A stretch of 64,000 nucleotides of DNA, from positions 8,262-72,261 of the forward strand of contig JAUJOE010000001.1 in NCBI GenBank assembly GCA_030447805.1, given 5' to 3'. The notes under the pieces were generated by a model that worked only from the letters and a program-made list of their open reading frames with translations, searched no databases and had not been told where the DNA came from. This document shows positions 31,133-41,628 of this stretch, piece after piece; position 1 is the stretch's first letter, and every line of letters begins with the position of its first letter. The position numbers and the translations under genes were made by a program. The stretch comes from Nocardioidaceae bacterium. GTDB lineage: Bacteria > Actinomycetota > Actinomycetes > Propionibacteriales > Nocardioidaceae.

Positions 31133-31446
31133 ATGGAGCGGACGCTTCACGAAGAGTCGTCGGATGGGCGCATGCTGCTCGACGTTGATCCGACCAGCCT
31201 GGGCATCTCTGCCCAGCTGCGTGCACGGCTCGCGGCTTGGGCTGAGCAGTACCTCGACCAGATCGAGTCAGAGGCCGAACTGTCACGGGTGGTCTCGCCG
31301 GATGAGATCGTCGCCTTCCGCGTCGAAGGCTTTCGGCTGGCGGCCGATCTGCAACAGACGAGTTGGGTGCAGGGTTCGACGTCTACTATCACGACAAGTT
31401 TGCTCCGCGCGAGTCGTGGTTCACCAGGCCCGACCGATCGCCCTAG
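31133..31446 (+). CDS. hypothetical protein, one frame change
   Basis: ORF 31085..31471 (MERTLHEESSDGRMLLDVDPTSLGISAQLRARLAAWAEQY). A better-looking C-terminus lies in another frame (TDELGAGFDVYYHDKFAPRESWFTRPDRSP, stop 31444-31446). Confidence 0.4.
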
Positions 31447-31551
31447 GCAGGGTCAAGCGAGCCGTCAATAAGGGACCGACACGCCGACGAGATTGGGCCC
31501 TTGGTGACGTCTCGGCGCAAGGGGCGCGGCGCGATCTGCATACTTAGTGGG

Positions 31552-32349
31552 ATGGATCTCGAGGGCAAGCGCGTCCTGGTCACGGGGGCTTCGCGGGGGA
31601 TAGGGGCAGCACTCGCCGAGGAGTTCGCGCACGCTGGCGCGCGGCTGGCGCTCGTGGCCCGCGAGAGCGAGCGGCTGCGCGACCTGGCCGGCAGGCTGGA
31701 CGCATCGTCGTACGCAGCCGACCTCGCCGACCCTGACCAGGTCCACGGCCTCATCGGCCGCGTCGAGGCCGACGGCGCCCCGGTCGACGTCCTTGTCAAC
31801 AACGCCGGTGTGGAGACGGCAGGTGATTTCGTCGAGCAGAGATGGGCCGACATCGAGTCGCTGTACCGGCTGAACCTGCTGACTCCGGCCGAGCTGTGCC
31901 ACCAGGTGCTGCCAGGCATGCTGGCGCGCCGGTCGGGGCACCTCGTCAACATGTCGTCGCTCGCCGGTGTGACCGCGTTTCCGGGTATCACTGCCTACTC
32001 GTCGTCCAAGGCTGGACTCACCCATTTCACCGCCGCCCTGCGTGCTGACCTGCGTGGCCGTCCGGTCAAGACGACCGTCGTCGAGCTCGGCCCGGTCGGC
32101 ACCGACCTGCTCGACCGTGCCAAGTCCTACCGACCCGTCGACGACAGCTTCGCCCGCGCCTACCAGCTGCATGTGCTCACCGAACTCGACGCCGAGGTCG
32201 TCGCGCGAGAGATCGTGGACGCCGTACGCCGCAATCGTCGGCACGTCAGGCTGCCTAAGCGAGCCGGGCTCGCCGCGTCCGTCGCAGAGGCTCCGCGACG
32301 CGCCACCGAGTGGCTGCTCACCGGCGTCGACCACCAGTCACAGCCGTGA
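31552..32349 (+). CDS. SDR-family oxidoreductase
   Basis: ORF trimmed to ATG 31552: MDLEGKRVLVTGASRGIGAA, NNAG, YSSSKAG. Confidence 0.85.
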   Translation: MDLEGKRVLVTGASRGIGAALAEEFAHAGARLALVARESERLRDLAGRLDASSYAADLADPDQVHGLIGRVEADGAPVDVLVNNAGVETAGDFVEQRWADIESLYRLNLLTPAELCHQVLPGMLARRSGHLVNMSSLAGVTAFPGITAYSSSKAGLTHFTAALRADLRGRPVKTTVVELGPVGTDLLDRAKSYRPVDDSFARAYQLHVLTELDAEVVAREIVDAVRRNRRHVRLPKRAGLAASVAEAPRRATEWLLTGVDHQSQP

Positions 32350-33185
32350 ACCGCCGCCGCGGTGGCGACCCCCAGCAGCGCTCCGGTCGGCCACCATCGG
32401 TACGGCGACGGATTGCTGTCGCGACCTGGCGCCCGCCGAAAGACGGCCGCATCTTCACGCGCGTCGAGATCGACGCCACCCCGATGCTGCGGTACGTCGA
32501 CGAGACCCGCGAGCGCACCGACGTACACGTCACCGTCACTCACGTAGTCGGGGCGGCGCTCGGCCGAGCCATCTGCGCCGTGCCGGAGGTCCGCGGGCGG
32601 GTTGTGCTCGGCCGGATCAGGCAGCTCGACACCTGTGACGTGTCGTTTGCCGTCGACATCGCCGACGGCGACGACCTGGCTCCGGTAAAGGTCAAGGACG
32701 CCGACCAGAAGAGCCCGCTCGACATCGCGGGGGAGCTGGCACCCGGCAGCCGCGATCTCCGTGCGGGCGAGGGGCAGGAGTACATGCGGAGCACCTCGAT
32801 CCTCCGGCGACTGCCGTGGTGGGCCGACCGCGTCACGATTGCCGGCGCCGGGTTTCTGATCGGCGGGCTGGGCGTCCCCGCGCTCGGCCAGCCCGGGCTC
32901 CCATTGGGGGCGGCATTCATCACCAACGTGGGCACGCTCGGGCTCGACGAGGCGTTCGCTGCACCCGTGCCCTTCGCTCGGGCGCCGCTCTACCTGTCGA
33001 TCGGTGCCGTGCGAGACGCGGCTGTGGTGGTCGACGGGGCCGTCGTCGTACGTCCGCAGATCGTCCTCGGCGCCACTGCGGACCACCGGCTCATCGATGG
33101 GGCGCATGCGGGTCAGATCGCGGCGGTGATGCGCGAGCTGCTGGCCGATCCGGCTCGGCTCGACAAGCCGTGGCGGCAGGGGTAG
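32346..33185 (+). CDS. stand-alone 2-oxoacid dehydrogenase acyltransferase catalytic-domain protein (no lipoyl domain)
   Basis: GTG 32346 overlaps the SDR stop (GTGA). C-terminal catalytic motif LGATADHRLIDGAHAG. Confidence 0.7.
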   Translation: MNRRRGGDPQQRSGRPPSVRRRIAVATWRPPKDGRIFTRVEIDATPMLRYVDETRERTDVHVTVTHVVGAALGRAICAVPEVRGRVVLGRIRQLDTCDVSFAVDIADGDDLAPVKVKDADQKSPLDIAGELAPGSRDLRAGEGQEYMRSTSILRRLPWWADRVTIAGAGFLIGGLGVPALGQPGLPLGAAFITNVGTLGLDEAFAAPVPFARAPLYLSIGAVRDAAVVVDGAVVVRPQIVLGATADHRLIDGAHAGQIAAVMRELLADPARLDKPWRQG

Positions 33186-33194
33186 CGGCTCGTC

Positions 33195-34241
33195 ATGAGA
33201 CTGCGGATGGTGTCGCCGAACGAGCCCGGGTGGACTCGGCGCCGGGCTGGCAGCGGGTTCGCCTACCTCGACGCCGGCGGTGACCGGCTCCCGGCCGACG
33301 AGGTGGCTCGGATCAAGTCGCTGGTGATCCCGCCGGCGTGGCAGGACGTCTGGATCTGCCCTCGGGCGAACGGGCACATCCAGGCGTGCGGCACCGACGC
33401 GGCCGGTCGGCGGCAATACCTCTACCACCCGGTGTGGCGGGCGCAGCGCGACAAGGCCAAGTTCGACCGGATCCTCGACATGGCCAGGCGGCTGCCCCGT
33501 GCCCGGCTGCGCATACGTGCCGACCTCGAGTTGGCCGGATTACCGAAGGACAGAGTGCTGGCGGCGGCGGTCCGGTTGATCGACGTCGGCTACTTCCGCA
33601 TCGGCAGCGATGTGTACGCCGACGAGCACGGCAGCTACGGGCTGACCACGCTGGAGCGTCGGCACGTGCGCAAGCGGGGCGACGTACTGCTGTTCTCCTT
33701 CGTCGGCAAGTCGGGCGTCGAGCACGAGATCGAGGTCGGCGACCCAGCTGTCGTCGCCGTGGTGCAGCGGGTGCGCCGTCGCACCGACGGTGGCGACCGC
33801 CTCCTCGCCTACAAGTCGGGACGACGTTGGTGCACGGTGGTGGCGAGCGACGTCAACGCCTACCTGCGCGACATCTTCGACGACTGCGAGGTCACCGCCA
33901 AGGACTTCCGCACCTGGCACGCGACGGTCATCGCGGCGACCTCCCTCGCAGACAACGCCAGCCGCGGCGACACCAAGACGGCGCGCAAGAAGGTGGTAAG
34001 GCAGGCGGTCGTCGAGGTGTCGGAGTACCTCGGCAACACCCCGGCCATCGCCAAGAGCTCCTACATCGACCCGCGGGTCATCGACCTGTACGAGGACGGT
34101 ACGACGATCGCGGCCGCCCTGCAGAGCGCCCCGAAGGATCCGGAGCGGCGCCAGGAGCACCTCGAGAAGGCGGTGTTGCGCATGCTGTCCCGGGCGCCGC
34201 AGTCGGCCCAGCGGTCGGCGCGTTCGCGCCTCGCCTCCTGA
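33195..34241 (+). CDS. DNA topoisomerase IB
   Basis: 348 aa. Motifs IPPAWQDVWICP, GRRQYLYH, FRTWHAT, AKSSYIDPRV. Confidence 0.85.
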   Translation: MRLRMVSPNEPGWTRRRAGSGFAYLDAGGDRLPADEVARIKSLVIPPAWQDVWICPRANGHIQACGTDAAGRRQYLYHPVWRAQRDKAKFDRILDMARRLPRARLRIRADLELAGLPKDRVLAAAVRLIDVGYFRIGSDVYADEHGSYGLTTLERRHVRKRGDVLLFSFVGKSGVEHEIEVGDPAVVAVVQRVRRRTDGGDRLLAYKSGRRWCTVVASDVNAYLRDIFDDCEVTAKDFRTWHATVIAATSLADNASRGDTKTARKKVVRQAVVEVSEYLGNTPAIAKSSYIDPRVIDLYEDGTTIAAALQSAPKDPERRQEHLEKAVLRMLSRAPQSAQRSARSRLAS

Positions 34242-34365
34242 CGCCTGCCCCGCCACCCGCCGTACCGCCGTGCCGCCGTGCCAGCCAAACGATCCGACGG
34301 TTGACGCGCTATGGCGTGTTAAACGTCGGATCTTGCGCTGGAGATGCGGGGGCTAACGTGAGGGG

Positions 34366-34932
34366 ATGGACACCATGACACCTGACGAGGGTTCGTACAC
34401 CGTTGCCGGCTTGTCGCGCCAGGACGGCCACCGGGTCGCTAGCGCGTTGCAGGACCGGCTCAACGCCCTCAACGACCTTCAGCTCACCCTCAAGCACGTG
34501 CACTGGAACGTCGTGGGCCGCGACTTCATCGGCGTACACGAGATGCTCGACCCGCAGGTCGACGCCGTACGGTTAATGGTCGACGCCACCGCGGAACGGA
34601 TGGCCACGATGGGGGTGGCACCCGTTGGTACGCCGGGCGCGATCGTCGCCGACCGGACGTGGGACGACTACTCGCTCGGCCGGGCCACGACCCAGGAGCA
34701 CCTCGCCGCACTCGATCTGGTGTACGCCGGCGTGACCGCCGATCACCGCAAGGTCATTGCGGAGGTAGGCGACATCGACCCCGTGGCCGAGGACCTGCTG
34801 ATTGGCCAGACCGCCGAGCTCGAGAAGTTCCACTGGTTCATCCGGGCCCATCTGGAGATGTCCTCGGGAGACCTTGCCACCGAGGGGGCGCACACCGAGC
34901 AAAGCGCTGCGGCGCAGGTCAGCTCCGCTTAG
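34366..34932 (+). CDS. dps: Dps-family DNA-protection/ferritin-like protein
   Basis: LKHVHWNVVGRDFIGVHEMLD, LLIGQTAELEKFHWFIRAHLE. Confidence 0.9.
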   Translation: MDTMTPDEGSYTVAGLSRQDGHRVASALQDRLNALNDLQLTLKHVHWNVVGRDFIGVHEMLDPQVDAVRLMVDATAERMATMGVAPVGTPGAIVADRTWDDYSLGRATTQEHLAALDLVYAGVTADHRKVIAEVGDIDPVAEDLLIGQTAELEKFHWFIRAHLEMSSGDLATEGAHTEQSAAAQVSSA

Positions 34933-34957
34933 GCAGCCCGCGGGCCATGGCGCCGTC

Positions 34958-35811
34958 TTACGGCAGCGTCAGCGTGAGGACCTCGGCGCCGGTATCGGTG
35001 ACGACGAGCGTGTGCTCGAACTGGGCGCTGCGCTGCTGGTCCTTGGTGACGACTGTCCACCCGTCGTCCCACATGTCCCACTCGATGGTGCCGAGCGTGA
35101 GCATCGGCTCGATCGTGAAGGTCATCCCCGCCTCCATCATGGTGTCGAACCGCGGGTCGTCGTAGTGCGGGATGACCAGACCGGAGTGGAACGAGGAACT
35201 GATCCCATGGCCGGTGAAGTCGGTGACGACGCCGTAGCCAAAGCGCTTGGCGTAGGACTCGATCACCCGACCGATGACGTTGATGCGGCGACCGGGCCTG
35301 ACGGCCTTGATGGCCCGCCGCAGCGAGTCCTCGGTGCGCTCGACCAGCAGCCGGCTCTGCTCGTCGACGTCACCGACCAAGAACGTGGCGTTGGTGTCGC
35401 CGTGCACGCCGTCGAGGTAGGCGGTGATGTCGATGTTGCAGATGTCGCCGTCCTGCAGGCGACGGGAGTCGGGGATCCCGTGGCAGATGCACTCGTTGAC
35501 CGAGGTGCACAGCGACTTGGGGAACCCCTTGTAGCCGAGCGTCGAGGGGTAGGCGCCGTGGTCACAGAGGTACTCATGTCCCACGCGATCGATTTCGTCT
35601 GTCGTGACGCCAGGGGCGATCACAGCGGCGCCTCCCGCAGCGCTTGAGCCGCCAACTGCCCAGCTTTGCGCATCTTCTCGATGGTCTCGGCGTCTTGCAC
35701 GTGGCTTCCGGTGTGCGGTCGCGGCGCCGGCTTGTCGACGTACTCGGGCCGGGGGATGCTCGAGGGTACGGCGCGCCGTGCCGAGATCACTCCAGCGGTC
35801 AAAGCTGTCAC
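34958..35811 (-). CDS. map: type I methionine aminopeptidase (MapB-like), one frame change; start uncertain
   Basis: ORF 34958..36166 carries the catalytic core ([38 protein letters not shown]). The N-terminus lies in ORF 35620..35907 ([14 protein letters not shown]...[10 protein letters not shown]). Confidence 0.85.
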
Positions 35812-35905
35812 GTCGCGAGTGTAGTTTCTCGACTCGAGGGGCACGATCGACGAATGCGTCACCTCGACACGTGGCCGAACGCGACGACACCTGCAGGAGG
35901 TAGCC

Positions 35906-36085
35906 ATGGCTGAGCGGTTCTATTACTGCCTGAAGCACAAGGCAGTGGAAGGCGCGCGCGGCTGCCCGGCGCGCGACCGGCTGGGTCCATACCCCACTCG
36001 CGCAGAGGCCGAGCGTGCGCTTGAGAAGGTGCAGCAGCGCAACGAGGCCTGGGACAACGACCCGGCCTGGAACGACGTCGAGTAG
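35906..36085 (+). CDS. small conserved actinobacterial protein (59 aa), below the ORF-track size cut-off
   Basis: GCAGGAGG, 5 nt, then ATG 35906: [59 protein letters not shown]. The stop overlaps the next start. Confidence 0.6.
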   Translation: MAERFYYCLKHKAVEGARGCPARDRLGPYPTRAEAERALEKVQQRNEAWDNDPAWNDVE

Positions 36086-36813
36086 TGGCGGCAGTCGGTG
36101 AGCCTGTTGGGCGCCCTCGACGGGTTGTCTCGCTGGTGCCGTCGCTGACCGAGAGCGTCGCTGCAACTGCCCCTGAGATGCTGGTGGGCGTCACGGACTG
36201 GTGCACACATCCAGCGGACCTGGCGGCGGCTCGGATCGGCGGCACCAAGAACCCGCGCGTCGAGCAGGTCATCGGGCTTCAGCCAGACGTCGTACTCGCC
36301 AACGAGGAGGAGAACCGCGCTGCAGACGTGGAGGCGCTGCGGTTGGGCGGACTGGACGTCTGGATGACCGACTACGAATCGGTCCCGGCGGCCCTGGCCG
36401 GACTGGCGCGGATGCTCGCCATGCTGGGGCTCGGCCGCCCCCGGTGGCTGCGCGACGCCGACGAGGCATGGCGAGAGCCGTGGGTCGGAGAGCGGTGTAC
36501 GGCGCTGGTGCCGATCTGGCGGCGACCGTGGATGGCGCTGGGCCGCGACACGTTCGCCGGCGACGTGTTGCAGCGCCTCGGCGTCGACAACGTGCTCGCT
36601 GCGTCGCCCGACCGGTATCCGCGGATCGACCTCGACGGGGTGCCGGATCACTACATCGTCGTCCTGCCCGACGAGCCGTACGCGTTCAGCGCGAGCGATG
36701 GGCCAGAGGCGTTCGCCGCGCCGGCTCGGCTGGTGTCGGGGCGGCACCTCACCTGGTACGGCCCGTCGCTTGCCGAGGCGCGATCGGTGCTCAAGGGGCA
36801 ACTGTGGCGGTGA
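36085..36813 (+). CDS. helical-backbone metal receptor / BtuF-like periplasmic-binding-fold protein
   Basis: [41 protein letters not shown]. Confidence 0.65.
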   Translation: MAAVGEPVGRPRRVVSLVPSLTESVAATAPEMLVGVTDWCTHPADLAAARIGGTKNPRVEQVIGLQPDVVLANEEENRAADVEALRLGGLDVWMTDYESVPAALAGLARMLAMLGLGRPRWLRDADEAWREPWVGERCTALVPIWRRPWMALGRDTFAGDVLQRLGVDNVLAASPDRYPRIDLDGVPDHYIVVLPDEPYAFSASDGPEAFAAPARLVSGRHLTWYGPSLAEARSVLKGQLWR

Positions 36814-36835
36814 CCCGCGCCGGTCTGCTGCCGGG

Positions 36836-37381
36836 CTAGGCGCCGGTGGCTCCGTCGAGTCGCTCCCGCAGCAGGTCGGCGTGCCCGTTGTGCCGGGCGT
36901 ACTCGGCGATGTGGTTGACCAACAGCCACCGCAGCGAGAACGATTGGCCGTTGCGCTTGGCAACCCCGGTGTCGTCTAGCGACGCCGCCGCAGCGACGAT
37001 CTCGCGTGACCGGTCGCACTCCCGGTGCCACACCGCGAACGCTTCGTCGACGTCGCCATCGAGCGACTCGAAGTCCTGGTTGGGGTCGTCGTCGGAGTAG
37101 TACAGCAGCGGCACGTCGTCACCGGCGAACTGCACCTGGAACCACCACCGCTCCACCCCCGCCAGGTGACGGACGAGGCCGTGCAGGGTCATCGCTGATG
37201 GCTCGATGCTGGCTGCCGAAAGCTTGTCGGCCGCCAGTCCGGCGCACTTCTGCTCGAAGGTAAGGCGGTGGTAGTCGAGGAACGCCGTGAGGATTGCCCG
37301 CTCGTCACCCAGCCGGGGCGGTGGCGTGCGACGGTCGTCGGGCCAGAGAGGTGAGTAGTTCTCCTCAGGAATCTCAGTCAT
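36836..37381 (-). CDS. DinB-family (DUF664, mycothiol-transferase-like) protein
   Basis: 181 aa. Motifs LTAFLDYHRLTFEQKCAGL, TLHGLVRHLAGVERWWF, HIAEYARHNGHADLLRE. Confidence 0.8.
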   Translation of the reverse strand: MTEIPEENYSPLWPDDRRTPPPRLGDERAILTAFLDYHRLTFEQKCAGLAADKLSAASIEPSAMTLHGLVRHLAGVERWWFQVQFAGDDVPLLYYSDDDPNQDFESLDGDVDEAFAVWHRECDRSREIVAAAASLDDTGVAKRNGQSFSLRWLLVNHIAEYARHNGHADLLRERLDGATGA

Positions 37382-37414
37382 GCGACCACTGTGTCGTAGC
37401 CCGCCGACAGGCTC

Positions 37415-38301
37415 CTAGAAGGTGTGTTCGTCGCCGGGGAACGTCCCGGCGGCGACATCGGCGGCGAACGCGGAGGCGGCTTCGAGCAGTACGCCGTGCA
37501 CATCGGCGTACTGCTTGACGAACCTGGGCATCCGGCCGGTGCGTAGGCCCGCCATGTCCTGCCAGACAAGCACCTGGGCGTCGCAGTGCACGCCGGCGCC
37601 GATGCCGATGGTGGGAATGGCGAGCTCCTTGGTGACCCGGGCCGCCACATCACCAGGCACCATCTCCATCACGAGCGCGAACGCGCCAGCGGCCTCCAGC
37701 GCCAGCGCCTCGTCGACGATGCGCTGGGCCGCGTCTCCTCGGCCCTGCACCCGGTAACCCCCGAGGTTGTGCTCCGACTGCGGCGTGAACCCGATGTGCG
37801 CCATCACGGGTATCCCGCTGGCGGTGAGCAGTTCAACATGCCGCACCATCGCTAGGCCGCCTTCGAGCTTCACGGCGGCAGCACCGGCCTCCTTCATGAA
37901 CCGCACCGCCGTATGGAACGCCTGCTCTGGCGACGCCTGGTAGGAGCCGAACGGCAGGTCAGCCACGACCAGGCGCGCTGCACCGACCGCGTCACCGCGC
38001 GCACGAGCGGGATCAGCTCGTCGACGGTGACCGGCAGCGACGTCTCGTTTCCGTACACGTTGTTGCTGGCCGAGTCACCGACGAGCAGGACCGGTATGCC
38101 GGCCTCGTCGAACGTCGCCGCGGCGTACTGCTCGTAGGCGGTGAGCATCGCCCACTTCTCGCCACGCTGCTTCATCTCGCGCAGGTGGTGGATACGGATC
38201 CGGTTGCGACCAGTGCCCGACCCCGATGGGCCTGACCCGGAAGCTCCCTTGTCTCCGCTGGCCCCAGTTCCGGTGCCGTACGGCGCTGCCGTATCGCTCA
38301 T
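37415..38301 (-). CDS. panB: 3-methyl-2-oxobutanoate hydroxymethyltransferase, one frame change
   Basis: ORF 37894..38301 ([32 protein letters not shown]) joins ORF 37415..37966 (ADLPFGSYQ...VKLEGG...GHIGFTPQS). Confidence 0.85.
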
Positions 38302-38316
38302 GGCTGCATCTCCTCC

Positions 38317-40113
38317 TCACCCTCGCGCCGTCGAGTCGTCGTCGCGCGGCTCGATCCCGGAGACATCCTCTCGCCAGCGGTTCGTGATCGGCAGCCGACG
38401 GTCCCGACCGAAGTTGCGCGCCGAGATCTTCGGGCCGGGCGGGTACTGCCGACGCTTGTACTCCGCTCGGTCGACCATCGCGATGACCCGCTCGACCACG
38501 GCGGGGTCGAACCCCTGGCCGACGAGGTCACGCGCACTGCGGTCCTGTTCGACGTAGTCATCGAGGATGTCGTCGAGCAACTGGTAGTCGGGGAGGGAGT
38601 CGGAGTCGAGCTGACCGGGACGCAGCTCAGCCGAAGGCGGCTTGGTGAGCGTGTTCTCGGGGATCGGAGGCCGCTCCCCACGACGTACCGCCTCCTCGTT
38701 GCGCCAGCGGGCGAGCCTCCACACGAGCGTCTTCGGCACGTCCTTCAGCGGCGCGAAACCGCCGACGGCGTCGCCGTAGATCGTCGTGTAACCCGTGGCG
38801 AGTTCGCTCTTGTTGCCGCAGGCGAGGACGAGGTGGCCGTGCTGGTTCGACAGCGCCATCCAGACGACGGCGCGCACGCGTGCCTGCAGGTTCTCCTCGG
38901 CCAGGCCGTCCACCTTCACCGCCTCCTGGAAGGCGTCGACCAGCGGCGCGATCGGCACCGTGTCGAGCTGCAGACCGGTGCGCCGGGCGAGTTCGGCGGC
39001 GTCGGTGCGGGAGTGCTCGCTCGACCAGGCGCTGGGGTTGGACACCCCGAACACGTTCTCGGCGCCCAGCGCGTCGACAGCCAGGGCGCCGGTCAGCGTC
39101 GAGTCGATGCCCCCGGAGAGGCCGAGCAGCACCGTGGTGAAGCCGTTCTTGCGCACGTAGTCGCGCAGGCCGGTCACCAGGGCGGTGTAAACCTCTTCGC
39201 AGTCGCCGCGACGCGGCGCCTGGGGCGCTGGCAACGGTTCGTACGGCGGAACGGGGTCGGCGCTGAGCACCGTGCGCTCGACTCGCAAGCCGAAGAACCG
39301 CGTGTCGGTGTCGGGCATCGGCTCGGTCGCGGCTGGCAGCTCGAGGTCGACCACCAGCAGATGCGGCGCGAACTGCGGCGCCCGTGCCACCAGGTCGCCG
39401 GCCGCGTCGACGACCAGGGAGTCGCCGTCGAAGACCAGCTCGTCCTGCCCGCCGACCAGGTTGACGTAGGCGAGGGCGCAGTCGGCTTCGCGGGCGCGCC
39501 GGGCGCACAGCTCCAGGCGCGCGTCGTCCTTGTTGGCTTCGTACGGCGACCCGTTCGGCACCACGAGCAGCCCCGCCTGCGCGGCCGCCGCCGCAGCCGA
39601 GGGGCCGTCTTGCCACAGGTCCTCGCAGATGGCTAGCGCCACGTCGACGCCGCGGACCTGAATGATCTGCAGGGTGTCGCCGGGGACGAAGTTGCGGATC
39701 TCGTCGCCGACCCCGTAGTTCCACAGGTGGTGCTTTGCCTGCCGTGCCTTTACCGCACCGCCGTGCAGAACGGCGACGGCGTTCTGTGGCAGGCCACGGG
39801 GTTCGCCGGGTCGCGGCCTTTCGCTTCGGTCGGCCCGGTCGAGGTAGCCGACGACCACTGCCACGTCCGACAGCCCCGCGTCGGCCAGGTCAGTCGCCAT
39901 ACCCTCGACTGCCGCGCGCGATGCGTCGGCGAAGGAGGCCCGCGACGATAGGTCCTCGATGGGGTAGCCGGTGAGCATCATCTCGGGCAGCACGACCAGA
40001 TGCGCCCCGCGGGCTGCCGCGTCGTTGACGGCGGCGAGGGCGAGGGCCGTGTTGGCTGTGATGGCACCGACCGTCGGGTTCACCTGAGCCAGCGCGATCC
40101 GCAGTTGAGGCAC
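38317..40113 (-). CDS. nadE: glutamine-dependent NAD+ synthetase
   Basis: ORF 38317..40164, start set at GTG 40113 (PQLRIALAQVNPTVG). Nitrilase-like domain followed by the synthetase domain (VLLGLSGGIDS). Confidence 0.9.
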   Translation of the reverse strand: MPQLRIALAQVNPTVGAITANTALALAAVNDAAARGAHLVVLPEMMLTGYPIEDLSSRASFADASRAAVEGMATDLADAGLSDVAVVVGYLDRADRSERPRPGEPRGLPQNAVAVLHGGAVKARQAKHHLWNYGVGDEIRNFVPGDTLQIIQVRGVDVALAICEDLWQDGPSAAAAAAQAGLLVVPNGSPYEANKDDARLELCARRAREADCALAYVNLVGGQDELVFDGDSLVVDAAGDLVARAPQFAPHLLVVDLELPAATEPMPDTDTRFFGLRVERTVLSADPVPPYEPLPAPQAPRRGDCEEVYTALVTGLRDYVRKNGFTTVLLGLSGGIDSTLTGALAVDALGAENVFGVSNPSAWSSEHSRTDAAELARRTGLQLDTVPIAPLVDAFQEAVKVDGLAEENLQARVRAVVWMALSNQHGHLVLACGNKSELATGYTTIYGDAVGGFAPLKDVPKTLVWRLARWRNEEAVRRGERPPIPENTLTKPPSAELRPGQLDSDSLPDYQLLDDILDDYVEQDRSARDLVGQGFDPAVVERVIAMVDRAEYKRRQYPPGPKISARNFGRDRRLPITNRWREDVSGIEPRDDDSTARG

Positions 40114-40225
40114 AACCTTGAGTCTAGAGCTCGCCGGGTGTAGTGGTCTGCGCTCGCGATCCACCGAGACGCCAAGTGCGGCCCGACAAACCGACAGCTT
40201 CGGGGCTTCGCTGACGTGTCGGCTG

Positions 40226-40241
40226 TTAACGCGGGTGAAAC
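40226..40241 (+). promoter_or_regulatory. possible single GlnR box upstream of glnA2
   Basis: TTAAC-GCGGGT-GAAAC fits gTnAc-n6-GaAAc except for the first base. It lies 16 nt before the glnA2 start. Confidence 0.3.
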
Positions 40242-40256
40242 ATCAGCGGGGAGGAT

Positions 40257-41600
40257 GTGGCCATGGGCAAGCAGGAAGACTTCGTACTGCGGGCGCTCGA
40301 GGAGCGCGACGTGCGGTTCGTGCGGCTGTGGTTCACCGACGTGCTCGGCTATCTCAAGTCGGTGGCGGTGGCCCCCGCCGAGCTCGAGGGGGCGTTCAGC
40401 GAAGGCATCGGGTTCGACGGCTCGGCCATCGAAGGATTCGCTCGCGTCTACGAGGCCGACATGCTGGCCAAGCCCGACGCATCGACGTTCCAGATCCTGC
40501 CGTGGCGCGGAGACGGTGCAGCAACAGCCCGGATGTTCTGCGACATCGTTATGCCCGACGGCTCCGCGTCGTACGCCGATCCGCGGTTCGTGCTCAAGCG
40601 CACGCTCGGCACAGCGGCCGACCAGGGTTTCACCTTCTACACCCACCCCGAGATCGAGTTCTACCTGTTTCGCGACCGCACTGCCGACGGGAAGCCGCCG
40701 GAGCCGGCCGACCGCAGCGGCTACTTCGACCACACCTCGCAAGGGGTGGGTCACGACTTTCGCCGCGAGGCGATCACGATGCTCGAGTCGATGGGCATCT
40801 CTGTCGAGTTCAGCCACCACGAGGGCGGCCCCGGGCAGCAGGAGATCGACCTGCGGTACGCCGATGCGCTGAGCACGGCCGACAACATCATGACGTTTCG
40901 GGTGGTGGTGAAGGAGGTGGCGCTGAGCCAGGGGGTGTACGCGTCGTTCATGCCGAAGCCGTTCACCGAGTTCCCTGGCTCCGGCATGCACACCCACCTG
41001 TCGTTGTTCGAGGGCGACCGCAACGCCTTCTTCGAGGCGGGTGCGGAGTACCACCTGTCGAAGACCGGGCGCGCGTTCATCGCCGGCCTGCTGCAGCACG
41101 CGGCGGAGATAACCGCTGTCACCAACCAGTGGGTGAACTCGTACAAGCGGTTGGCCGGCGGCGGCGAGGGCCCTGCCTACGTGTGCTGGGGGCACAACAA
41201 CCGGTCAGCGCTGGTGCGCGTCCCGATGTACAAGCCGACCAAGGGCCAGTCGACCCGCGTCGAGCTGCGCTCGGTCGACAGCTCCGCCAACCCCTACCTC
41301 GCGTTCGCGGTGATGCTCGCAGCCGGCATGAAGGGCATCGAGGAAAGCTATGAGCTCCCCGCCGGGGCAGAGGACGACGTGTGGTCGCTGAGCGAGCCAG
41401 AGCGACGGGCGATGGGGATCGCACCGCTGCCGCAGAACCTGCACGAGGCGATCGGCCTGATGGAACGCTCCGAGCTGGTCGCCGAGACGCTCGGCGAGCA
41501 CGTCTTCGACTTCTTCTTGCGCAACAAGCGCGCCGAGTGGGAGGAGTACCGCCAGCAGGTGACGGAGTATGAACGCGCCCGCATGCTACCCGTCATGTGA
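40257..41600 (+). CDS. glnA2: glutamine synthetase GlnA2-type
   Basis: 447 aa, uninterrupted. The N-terminus FVLRALEERDVRFVRLWFTDVLGYLKSVAVAPAELEGAF closely resembles M. tuberculosis GlnA2 as I recall it. Confidence 0.9.
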   Translation: MAMGKQEDFVLRALEERDVRFVRLWFTDVLGYLKSVAVAPAELEGAFSEGIGFDGSAIEGFARVYEADMLAKPDASTFQILPWRGDGAATARMFCDIVMPDGSASYADPRFVLKRTLGTAADQGFTFYTHPEIEFYLFRDRTADGKPPEPADRSGYFDHTSQGVGHDFRREAITMLESMGISVEFSHHEGGPGQQEIDLRYADALSTADNIMTFRVVVKEVALSQGVYASFMPKPFTEFPGSGMHTHLSLFEGDRNAFFEAGAEYHLSKTGRAFIAGLLQHAAEITAVTNQWVNSYKRLAGGGEGPAYVCWGHNNRSALVRVPMYKPTKGQSTRVELRSVDSSANPYLAFAVMLAAGMKGIEESYELPAGAEDDVWSLSEPERRAMGIAPLPQNLHEAIGLMERSELVAETLGEHVFDFFLRNKRAEWEEYRQQVTEYERARMLPVM

Positions 41601-41628
41601 CGACGGGGCCCGGCCGCGTCCAGCCCGC

